Assembly (NCBI GenBank): GCA_977017575.1
Contig: CDRNVI010000053.1
Coordinates: forward strand, 124,001 to 188,000
Source of the DNA: Paramoeba atlantica
Taxonomy: Eukaryota; Protista; Discosea
Reading direction: 5' to 3'
DNA length: 64,000 nt
The notes below the pieces were generated by a model. The model worked only from the letters and a program-made list of their open reading frames with translations. It did not search any database and was not told the DNA's origin. A program made the position numbers and the translations under genes. Below are positions 46,435-57,008 of the stretch, in pieces. The first letter of the stretch is position 1. The number at the start of each line of letters is the position of its first letter.

Positions 46435-47715
46435 CGTTTCAGTGATATACATAAGTGAAATGTAAGTCTGTATGAAGTATAAATTATGGAACCAACATAT
46501 GAATGACATTTAGTAGAAAGTGTTTCAGGATGAATACGTAGACTGTTGATCGGATTCGAAGGGAACATACATGCGATGACCAAAGTAAAGGACTATTGCA
46601 GAATTGCTCCTCTCATTAATTTCTATAAGTGAGGGGCTGCGGGTATGATCTCGCATGCTCTCGCGTGATTTAACATTTCGGGTAAAAATGGGGTCATTTT
46701 TACGTATGCCAAAAAGACCCCGTGGGGTTCCAAAAATATATTTTCACTTTTTTTGTTCAAAAAGGTCATTTAGGAGGCATACCACGGCTCGAAGAAGGGA
46801 TATCTGGCGAAAACAACTGCGGAGAAAGCTAGTATAGGTCCCAAACTATCAAAATACAATAGGGGAAATATATTTTTGTAAATGTTTTTATAAAAATATG
46901 TTTTTTGCCATTTTTTTCGCCAAGTTTAAATTTTTTTTCAAAACTTTTTTTCGAAAAAATTCGAACTCGGCGGACCCGTCCTGCGGATACGCAGGGGGGT
47001 CACCCCCGGGTAGGGGGGTGGAAAATGCGCGCCAAGACCCCGGCTACCCTTTCTGCGGTATTTTTTCGAAAACTAATTTTTTCGAAAAAATTTGCTCCAC
47101 CATGACCCCCCTTGGACCCCCCATTTTTTTCAATTTTTTTTTCTATTTTGGACCACCGGAGCCCCCTTTTATATTTTTTTCCTTTATTATACTACTGTGT
47201 TCCTCTTTATATTTTCACTGTTTTTGTTCACTTGTTTTTCAATAATCGAGGGTAGAGCGGTAGTTTTACAACCACCGCAATAATAGAGGGTAGAGGAATC
47301 CCCCTGGAAGAGGAATCCCCCCTGGACCCCCCCCTGGACCCCCCATTTTTTTCAATTTTTTTTTCAGTTTTGGATCCCCGGAGCCCCTTTTTATATTTTT
47401 TTCTTATATGAGGGGGGGGCACGCGTCTGTGGTGATCGGCAGAATATGGCAGAAATGGGCAATAATCTGCTGTTAATGAGCACTGGCGGAGAAAAAAAGT
47501 CCCATGTAGAAAAACCTCTGTCGGCGCAAAAGCTCTGTTGTCGGCGCAAAACCTCTGTTCCTTGTGCATGACATCCAGCATGTAATTTGTGCTAAAAAAA
47601 TGTTCTTTGATAAAATTGAATATAATATGTGTTGGATGTGCGTTCAAAAGTCCTACTGTGTGCCTTATTTTGATTGCAGTTCGAGAGTTTACTACATCAC
47701 ATAACATATACATTC

Positions 47716-48495
47716 TTAACTTGCTTTCATGACTCCTACTTGTCCTTCTTTCTTTAAGTAATTAAATTTTTCTCCTGCTTCTACAGTCGACGGCGACGCT
47801 TGAGGTCCTGCCGGTCTTCCGCGTTTCTTGGTGGTGCGGGGGGAAGGCGCAGTGGTCGCCGTTTGAAAGACAACTGGTGGCTGGATCGGGACCTTCATAC
47901 TCACGGGAATAGGAGGCCGAGGCAAATAAAGTGGGTCCGAGGGGGTAATTGACGATGAATGCACAGCATGGACTGTAGTACCCCCCGTGACATCATCCAC
48001 CTCGGAATCCTGCACCGGTGCCCTTCGATTGACTCGGACGTTGTGGCCTGCGAGATAAGCCCATACGCGGCTGGCAAATGATTTGCACTCGCCGTCGGGA
48101 TCAACTGAATTAAAGCCGTGTTGTGACCCAACAACTGCTCGTAATTCAGTTCCGGCTTCGCCGATGAAACCGTCGCGCACATGTTCTGCTCCAAGCCACC
48201 CACCACGATACGTGATGAGGTCAAGGATTAACTTTGCAACCCCTTCCTCGCGAAGCGTCACCCCGCATACAACGTAGTCGTCGTAGATTGCTACGGCACT
48301 CAAACAACGATTTACCACGCGGTCAATAGCACTGGGATCGCCTTGTGCAAGCACGAGTCGGCCACGAATAATTCGATACTGCTTTAGAGGTTTGTCTATT
48401 GCAGCTTTCCACTTCGCTACGTACCTCTCCAGGACGCTCAATTTTTCAGAACCTTGATCCTGAACGCCTGAAGTTTGAACGGCGACGTCAGGCAT
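47716..48495 (-). CDS. Hypothetical 259-aa protein with a C-terminal AT-hook-like motif, embedded in repeats
   Basis: ATG-started ORF with a globular-looking N-terminal part and a Pro/Thr-rich tail ending in KKRGRP. It lies antisense to the host genes. Confidence 0.5.
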   Translation of the reverse strand: MPDVAVQTSGVQDQGSEKLSVLERYVAKWKAAIDKPLKQYRIIRGRLVLAQGDPSAIDRVVNRCLSAVAIYDDYVVCGVTLREEGVAKLILDLITYRGGWLGAEHVRDGFIGEAGTELRAVVGSQHGFNSVDPDGECKSFASRVWAYLAGHNVRVNRRAPVQDSEVDDVTGGTTVHAVHSSSITPSDPLYLPRPPIPVSMKVPIQPPVVFQTATTAPSPRTTKKRGRPAGPQASPSTVEAGEKFNYLKKEGQVGVMKAS

Positions 48496-48899
48496 AGGAA
48501 GGGTGTAAGCGGGGTGTAAAAATAGTAAACCCGAAGACTTAATGTAAGATAAAAAATAATTCAGTATGAGTCACTAGAATAAATGGAAACAATATTTCAG
48601 GTAGCCACATTATTGTATTAACTTCCATTACTTTCTTAACTTTACCATTACTGTGTTCCTCTTTATATTTTCACTGTTTTTGTTCACTTTTTTTCCTTAA
48701 TCGAGAGTAGAGCGCTAGTTTTACAACCACCGCAATTAATTCTTGTAAACAATAGATGAATGTTAATAATAGATGAAATAATACCATTGTTAATAATACA
48801 CGGTAGATGGTTGTTAATAATAGACGAACCCCCTCCCCCCTTTAAAGGAAAATGTACCAACAAGGTACATAAGCTTTGAATCCGTAATACAGCCTTGAA

Positions 48900-49130
48900 T
48901 CCTAATATAAATTAGGAGGTTTCTGAAGGCCTCCTTGACCTCCTTGTGGCGGTAGGCCTGGGTTTTCCCCTTCACCTTTTTGCACTCAAGTGCGTGCACG
49001 CAAAGCTCCTCATTTCTGAGGGTTGCGCCACAAACGCACTGAAGCTCCGGACTTCGTGGTCGGGGCGACCAGGTACCGGAGGGGGTTCCACTGCGGGTCC
49101 CGCATGTAATACTCTGGTCGGTTGGGCCAC
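48900..49130 (-). mobile_element. Fragment of the CRE-like retrotransposon (CCHC knuckle region)
   Basis: ELQCVCGATLRNEELCVHALECKKVKGKTQAYRHKEVKEAFRNLLIY is near-identical to ~52030-52225. Confidence 0.85.
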
Positions 49131-49863
49131 AATTCGGAAAAAAATACGCGAAAAAGAAATCTTTCCAGCAAACTTGTTCGTCAAGGCTACGGTCGTCAGC
49201 ACCAGGTTCACCCACTTTTGAAAATTCATGAAATAAATTTTATATAAGGAGGGGGCAGAAACGGCTCAGTTATTAAGAGACGCACTCGTTTGTGTAACGA
49301 AAGGTATGGCCAGCTTCTTTAATGAGACATCTCATTTTCGACGTCTGACTGACGCTGGGCAGCAGTACTTTTGGTTAAATTTTTGGAAGTGGCCAAACAT
49401 CTCTCTTCGTCGAGTAAATGGGTGCACCCAGCATCTTGCTACCAACGTTGAAGAGCGCATACGCAATTGGCAAGACATGTTATCGTTGAGTGGGGTTGAA
49501 AGTTACTGTCATGTGGATTGGAGAGAGAGTGGAGTCGAAGGTTGCTGTCGTGTGAAGGGGAGAGAGAGCGGGGTTGAAGGTTACTGTCGTGCAGAAGGGA
49601 GAGAGAGCGAGGTTAAAGGTTACTGTCGTGTGGAGGAGAGAGAGAAAGAGAGTGGGGTTGAAGGTTACTGTGATGTGAAGGGGAGAGAGAGGCTGCTCGT
49701 AATCTTCTTCTTCTTCGGAGAATCATGAAGCGGGATAATCTAAAAATATTAAAAAAATGGAAGTAGAGCTTGGCTAGCCCCCGCTCGGGAAGCAGTCACG
49801 CGCACTTCCTGTAGGAGAGACGGTCGGACGCCAATCCTCTCAATGCAGCGTGGTATTCTTTAA

Positions 49864-50180
49864 CAGTTCCAACTCCCATCAGGGAGTTGGGACTGCGGCC
49901 TTTTGGTCGGGGAGGCTCTGGCTCAACAGTTCCGACTCACATCAAGGACTTTTGGCCGGGGCTCAACAGTTCCGACTCACATCAAGGAGTCGGGACTGCG
50001 GCCTTTTAGCCGGGGAGCCTCTGGATCACACAGTTCCAACTTCCATTAGGGAGTTGGGACTGCGGCCTTTTGGCCGGGGAGCCTCTGGATCACACAGTTC
50101 CAACTTCCATTAGGGAGTTGGGACTGCGGCCTTTTGGCCGGGGAGCCTCTGGCTCAACAGTTCCAACTCCCATCAGGGAG
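49864..50180. repeat. Tandem array of ~62-64-bp units, each with three hairpins
   Basis: cagttccaactccc-atca-gggagttgggactg | cggcc-tttt-ggccg | gagcc-tct-ggctc. About 5 units, one internally deleted. Confidence 0.88.
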
Positions 50181-50185
50181 GAGGA

Positions 50186-50914
50186 CACCTGCCAATTTTG
50201 GCCTATGCGCCCGTTTTGGCTAATTTTTGTTGCATTTTGCAGATCTCAGTGTTAATATCGTGTTGAAACCAACAACTTTTCGATTTTCCGAAAAAAATAA
50301 CAAAAAATACGAAAAATTCATCCCCAAAAAATGCAAAAATACAAGAAAAAGTCCCTTTTTTGTCTTTTTAATCCGTTTTTTGTCGAAAATGGGGAAAAGA
50401 TCCCGTCTAAATCGTCGCCAGCTTTCGCCTTTTACTTTGAAGGACTGAATGGCAGTCAAACGTCCCAAATTATTTGGACGGACGAAAAAAGATTCAGATG
50501 CTCCCTCCATGGAAAAAAAAGAACCTACCTTGCCAAGCGCGAGGACCCCCCTCTTGAGCCTCCTCCACAAATGGATAAATGGTATGGTGGGAAAGGAGTC
50601 CATGTATGGATGGGAGTGAGCATGAAGTGTACGATTACGAAGTGTACGATTACAAGAGCTGCGGGACAAAAATGGTGGCTCCATTGACTACTGAATGTTA
50701 AATATGACATTTTTTGTTAGCCAAAAGGTTTTGCAAAAACTATAAAATTCTTGTTTTCGGAGTCAAAGAAATCACCCTACCCCGTCTACTCTTGTACTCA
50801 GAATGGTTTCAACACGATATTAACACTGAGATCTGCAAAATGCAACAAAAATTAGCCAAAACGGTCGCATAGGCCAAAATTGGCAGGTGTAGCAATTTTC
50901 GTGCCCCCTCCCTG
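50186..50914 (+). mobile_element. Internally deleted derivative of the 41967-43501 Tc1 element
   Basis: Same TIRs (left one truncated, right one ends CCTG|TA) and transposase pieces (QIIWTDEK...VHVWMGVSMK...KNGGSIDY). Confidence 0.9.
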
Positions 50915-50916
50915 TA

Positions 50917-52690
50917 TACAATGTCCGACAGCACTTCCGGGACAGGCCCGATGAAATCGTAGTGGCTGCGGACCTGGAAAATGCTTTCAATAGCATCTCG
51001 CGGTCTGCCATCTTCCGGGCCCTGAAGGGGGACCCGAAGCTACTCCCTCTGGAGGGTATCACCCTCTTTAGCTACGGGAAAACTGGCTCTCTTCACTTGG
51101 GGGAAGGCACGTCTATTTTAAGTTCCAGGGGGGTTAAGCAAGGTGATCCTATGACCCCTATCCTATTCGCCATAGGGATACACGGGGCTATAGCCAAAGT
51201 GGCGGCTAAATTCCCGGAAACCCTCAAAGTGTGGGCGTATCTGGACGATGTTACCCTTGCAGGGGAGCCCAAGGTGTGCGGGGCGGCCCTGGAGGCACTG
51301 CAAGGGGAGATTAAGTCACTAGGGTTACGGCTCAACGTAGCCAAATGTAAAGTGGCTACGCGCCAAAACGAAGCATTCTCCGAGTTCCTCAAAACGAGAA
51401 TGGTCCACTCCCCCGGAGGGGTTAAACTCCTAGGGGCCTTCATAGGGGAGGCGGAGGCTAGGGAAGAGGAATGGGTGTTAACAAAGGCCCCCAAAGTCAT
51501 CTCCTTCCTAGAGAAACTCGAGGACCTTCCCAGGGCAGTGCGCCCTGCCACTTCTACGGCTGTGCGGAAGCCCACGATGGAATTACATCGTGAGGACTCA
51601 CGAGCCTCCGGTTACCCAAGTAGCCAACGCACAGGTCGACAAGGCCGTGATAGCATGTGCCGAAGCCTTGCTTGGAGGGATGGGCCCCTCGGGAAAGACG
51701 CCGTTCGCAAATCATCTTTTTACGGCGGATTTCCTGGGGACCACCCCCTTCGAACATAAGGCCGAGGGCATGCAGGCCAAGGCCAAATGTGTCCTGCAAG
51801 GCCTATCTCAAGGCCAGTCGACTAAAGATCAGCGCCGCTCCCTCTGCGAGGCGGCCCTAGGGAAAGCCCCATCCACCACGCAACTGGTCTGCATGCGGCA
51901 GATTCAGAACGCTCATTCCACAAAGTGAATGAATGCGTGGCCCAACCGGCCGGAGTACTACATGCGGGACCCGCAGTGGGAGACTGCGGCCCGTCTCCGG
52001 TACTTGGTCGCCCCCACCTCGGAGCCTGAGCTCCAGTGCGTGTGCGGTGCAACCCTCCGCAACGAGGAGTTTTGCGTACACGCGCTGGATTGCAAGAAGG
52101 TTAAGTGGAAAACCCAGGCCTCCCGCCACAAGGAGGTCAAGGAAACCTTTCGAAACCTTCTAGTGCAGTATGGTTTCAAACCGGACCTAGGTCAAGGAGG
52201 CCTTCAGAAATCTCCTAATATACTACGGGTTTAAACCGGACCTTTGCGAACCTCGTTTTGACAATGGCCGAGGCCCGGACATCTGCTTCCAGTTGGGCAG
52301 GAAGCTCACCCTCGTGGATATCACCGTCATTAACCCCTTGGCCCCCTCTTACGTGGACAAGGAGGCGGCAGCACCATCCCACACCCTCAGGCTTGCCTAG
52401 GTCAACAAGCGCCGGTCCCATGAAGAGATGGCGACCGCCCGAAGGATGGAATTTTACCCCTTGGCATTCACCACCTACGGGGTCCCTGGCCCGGACACCC
52501 TAAATTTCCTTAACAAGGTGGCCAGGGCCCACACATCTGACAAGAACGGATGCCTTTCCCACATCCTTATGACCATAGGGGTGGCCATACAGAAAGGCAA
52601 CTTTCAGATCGTTCAGGCGGCGGTACAAGATTGGTACCGTCGCGGTGTTAGGGGGTACGCTTCCGGTGGGCCTAGGGGGTTCACACCAAA
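50917..52690 (+). mobile_element. CRE/SLACS-clade non-LTR retrotransposon (RT + CCHC + RLE), 5'-truncated and disrupted
   Basis: DLENAFNSISR, GVKQGDPMTPILF, AYLDD, CVCGA...HALDC, RHKEVK, RGPD...VDITVINP...K...PLAFTTYG. Contains frameshifts and internal stops. Confidence 0.88.
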
Positions 52691-53479
52691 AAAATCATTT
52701 CAATTTTTGGGAATTTTTATTTTTTACTGGCTTCGTCAATCGCGGAGGTAGTTTTCAACGCGAAGCACGCAGCATGAGTGACTTCTAAGTTGGAAGTTCA
52801 ACTTAGAAGTTCTAAGTTGAAAATAACCACCGCGTTTAACGAAGTCACTAAAGAATTATAAGTACAATATAGCAAATACTGTGTAGTACTGCCCACGTGG
52901 GGTCACCAATTTTCGGGGGGGGGGTCTAAAATTTTGTCGTGTGAGCTTTTGACCTAATTCCTTCGGCATTCAACAGATCTCGAAACTCAAAGTTGTTTTG
53001 CAGTACTGTGACTCCCTTTTAATAGAGAACCACCTTCAGACCCTCCCTTTAATAGAGAAAATTGGGGAAAGTTTTTTTTTGGGAGGGGGGAGTTTTTTTT
53101 GAGGGGGGGCGAAAGTGGAGAAGAAAATTTGGATTGTCCCTTAAAAACGGAAGAAAAATACTTAGAATTCACTGAACATTCAATTTGTCGCTTCGTTAAA
53201 TGCGGTGGTTGTTTTCAACATAGACTTCCGGGGAGAGAGCGGGGTTGAAGGTTACTGCGGTGTGGACGTGAGGGAGGGAGTTGAGGTCGGCCCCTGTTTC
53301 GTCCGACTGACAATTATGTAGGGAGGTGAATTCACTATCTTTTCCGAGATGTATGTTTAGCATAGCTGTAAAATTATTAATATTTTTTTCTTCTAATAAT
53401 AATCATTATTAAATCATTATTTTCCAAGCGCTCTAATAATAATAATTATTAATAATAATAATAATAATTATTATTATTA

Positions 53480-53665
53480 TAACCCAGAGTAAAGGGGACG
53501 AAGGAGATACCAATAGTGTAGGTGCGGCAGTTTCCCACGGGAAAAACGGCATCTCCACCCTTTTCGGCGCCTGTCTCCATGCCATAAGGGAGATACCGTA
53601 TTTCCTGTGGGAAACTGCCGCACCTACACTATTGGTATCTCCCTCGTCTCCTTTACCCTAGGTTA
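53480..53665. repeat. 186-bp hairpin / MITE-like element with ~75-bp arms
   Basis: taacccagagtaaaggggacgaaggagataccaatagtgtaggtgcggcagtttcccac... pairs with ...gtgggaaactgccgcacctacactattggtatctccctcgtctcctttaccctaggtta. Confidence 0.88.
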
Positions 53666-54373
53666 CATAGTAAAAACATGTTCCCTAGGATTCCTTACAG
53701 CTTCCCACACGAGGAAGTCGTCGTCGCTGCGGCACAAAGACAGAAGGCTCCGCCTTCTGCCTTTATGCCTTGCGCCTCCTCCTTCCTCTACGGTCTTGCG
53801 CGTCCCGCACTTCAAGTTGAAAAATGTATCTGACAAATCGGGGTTTGCAAATCGTTTCCGAAGAGGGGGGTCTCGAGTGGTCCTAAAGGTGCGTTTTTCT
53901 CTCCTAAAACTATTAATTTATGGTGCTGCCTTTCGTTTTGGCGAGAAAAACTTTTCCCGGAAAATTTTTTGTCGGACTAAATTTCGGGCGAAATATCGGG
54001 CCAAATTTCGGGCCAAATTTCGAGCCAAATTTTATTAATACTGGGTAGCGAGGGAGTAGTATCTCCCTCAATAATTATTGCGGTGGTTATATAACTACCG
54101 CTCTACCCTCGATTATTGAAAACCAAGTGAACAAAAACAGTTAAAATATAAAGAGGAACACAGTAATATAATAGAAGAAAAATACACCCATGGACAGAAG
54201 TGTGCCCCCGGCCTGGCAAATGCCATTTTTTTTATCCGTTTTTGCTCATTTTTGCAGCATTCGAGAGATCTCATTCCCTTAGCGAAGAGCTTTGCCGCCT
54301 TTTTTTCATAGGGACCCCCTGGTGCTCTGGTAGTGACCCCAAAGTAGACCAAAAACAAAACATGGTACATTAG

Positions 54374-55135
54374 ACATCTAGAAAAAAATCACCCTTTCAA
54401 TGCGAAAATGAGAAAAAAAGAAGTAATATTGACAAGGAGTGGAAGAAGTTCCGCGCTCCGAAGAGGTGCCTTACTACTCATGCCTTAGACCACCTATGTG
54501 AAAATGTATTATCAATATATCGCAAATTGCTGAATGTGGACACTCACATGATGTTTTTAAACACGGGAAAAACGCGATTGATGTTGGGTTTGGGACGTAA
54601 ACCAACTCAACATATAACTTCTGTCCGCCGCATTATAGCAGTGATTATATTCAACGGCCATTTCATTCTTGTGCATTACCACAGATTGGGAATGACCGTA
54701 TTTGACAGTTACCAGGCATTTTCTCCCACTGCCCACCAGGACTACTTGGAAAGCTTGGCTTCTCACTTAAGGCCTATTATCGGCACCTCTGCAAGCAACG
54801 TAAAAGTAAAGTATGCGAAAGTTCAGCAGCAAGAACCACTAATGAATGAATGCGGATTACATGTTGTGAATAGCCTTTGTTCGCTGTTATTCCCTAACGG
54901 CGTACAGAATAGACTCACTAGGAAGAACATTGCGAAGACTTGGTATCCAAGTGTTTTAGGGATCCCGTCACCTTTACCTGTACAACAGAGTAGCGACATA
55001 AAGGAAGGGAACAAAAGTGAGGATGATGAAAACTTGGAGACAGTCGTCCAACTCATCAAAGACACTGATATAGGAGATGAGACGACAGAGGGATGGGAAG
55101 AAAGCATAGTATACCCTATTAACATTGATCTGTAA
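54374..55135 (+). CDS. Ulp1/SENP-like (peptidase C48) protease domain, probably truncated or TE-borne
   Basis: IIAVIIFNGHFILV (His), TVFDSY (Asp), QQQEPLMNECGLHV (Gln, Cys). The frame is open from 54374, but the first ATG is only at 54548. Confidence 0.75.
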   Translation, partial: TSRKKSPFQCENEKKRSNIDKEWKKFRAPKRCLTTHALDHLCENVLSIYRKLLNVDTHMMFLNTGKTRLMLGLGRKPTQHITSVRRIIAVIIFNGHFILVHYHRLGMTVFDSYQAFSPTAHQDYLESLASHLRPIIGTSASNVKVKYAKVQQQEPLMNECGLHVVNSLCSLLFPNGVQNRLTRKNIAKTWYPSVLGIPSPLPVQQSSDIKEGNKSEDDENLETVVQLIKDTDIGDETTEGWEESIVYPINIDL

Positions 55136-57008
55136 GGCATAAAGGTGGGACGTATTTTTTTTTGACATTGTGCTTTCATTTTCTCGTAATAGTAAACGGA
55201 CCCTCATATGTGCGTATTTAAGTCCTGGGAAAAAGGGCGCCGCGAAGCGGCGCCGATTTTTTTTTTCGTGCTTCGAATTCTCATTTCACCCCCCCCCCCC
55301 CTTTAATAGAGACAAACCACGAAATTTTGTCTACATTAAAGGGGGGGGTCACAGTATCTGTTCGCTCCGAAATCGACAAAGCGATGTTTCGTTTATGATT
55401 TATAAGAGGCGGGATCCTCACGAAGAAAAAACAGGGAGAAAAAAAGGATAATATATTAGAGAAATTGACTGTGTTCCAAAAAAATGGGTAATAAAACCAT
55501 GTTTTTTGGACCCAGGGGGTACCAGGGGGTCCTATGAAGCAAAGGCCAGTACCTAAAGTAAAAGTTACTTGTTTGTAATAGGTGAACGCGCATCGTCGCA
55601 TCCGCTGCGGCACCTAACGCGGCTTCAAGACTTGAGGAGCTGGACGGTTTGGGTTCTTAAACTCGGAGGTGTGTCGGAAAACGACTCTTTCCGTACTTTT
55701 GTACATACACTGATTTGTCTAGTACACACTGATGTATCTAGCTCCGGGGACGGATAGTGTGGCTCCGAGTATACAAGTCTGGCTCCGAGTAAAACTCTAT
55801 TCTAGGGTGTAAAACCCTATTCTACAAATTATGCAGGGGCGATCAGCTACATTTGGGGGGGGGGCTAAAATTCGTATAACTTGGCCAATTTTAGAAAATA
55901 ATAGCGCATTCGAGAGCTCTCGCATAGCTCTCTGGAGGAATATACTGCGGAAATATCGTTTCCCGCATTTTTACTTCAAACGCATTTTGTCAAAAAAATA
56001 TTTTTTTTTGCGTTCCAAATTTTGCATTTCTTATTTTCGTTTCTGGATTTTTCCTGTTGTTTCCCCCTTTATTGATGACTCATGCCCCAACGAAGGGTGC
56101 ATTCGCGTTCTTCTCGAGGTAAATTCTCTGAGACCCATTTCTCACCCTCAGGAAAAACAAAACTGACGCACAGAATGCTGTTAGTTGAAGATTTCGAGAA
56201 AACAGGGTCATTTTATTGAACGGGTCATTTTATTGAAAGAATCCATGTATTAAAATTTTTAGACCTCCTCAGATCTATCTGATCCCCCCTGTATATGAAA
56301 AATGCTGTTCATGACAAAATTGAGATTTTCAAGCATTTGTAGATGTTTTTGGGCGAACAAAAAAAAACCAGCCGTAATTTTTTTAAGCAATCTTTTCATA
56401 CAGCCCCGAAAAACACAGATTTACTCGTGAAACCTCGCGAAACCTCAGTGAAACCTGGATCAAACCTCGGTGAAACCTCGCTACCCCAGTCCTTCAAGAG
56501 TAGAGGTATAAAACGTAATAAACGCTACAACGCGGGTGTAAATGACTCAAAACTATGAAAATCTGGGTCAAAGTGACCATAAATGTTTCAAAAATTCGTT
56601 TTTTTTAAATCATTCTACGCCCAAAAATAACTTCGTAGAGCACCCTAGCTCTGTTTTTTTTGACTTAAGTCGATTAAAATCAGAGTCTATCTTCTGTTCT
56701 GTTTGGTGGTATTTTTTCTACCTACCTTTTGGTACCTACCTTTGGCCTTTTGGTACCTTTCGGCCACCTACCTTGGTCCAAACTCCAGAATAACCTTTCG
56801 CGTTCCATTTACAAAGCTCATACAGCATTATTTTGTTGGCCTAACAAGGCAGCGTCGACAAACGCTTCCAGCTCCGAATCGGTGGTTGCTTAGCCAATTT
56901 ACCACGTTTTCCTCCGTAATGTCAGGAATTGAGGTTACTACGAGTTGCTTGTAGGACAGTTGCTTGTAGGAACAGTTGCTTGTAGGACAACCGGAACAGT
57001 CCATTCAA

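Noticed and set aside
49864-50180. Hammerhead ribozyme on the minus strand (ctgatgg, ggaac)
   Set aside because: The core is CUGAUGG rather than CUGANGA, it lies within a stem, and no GAAA is correctly placed.
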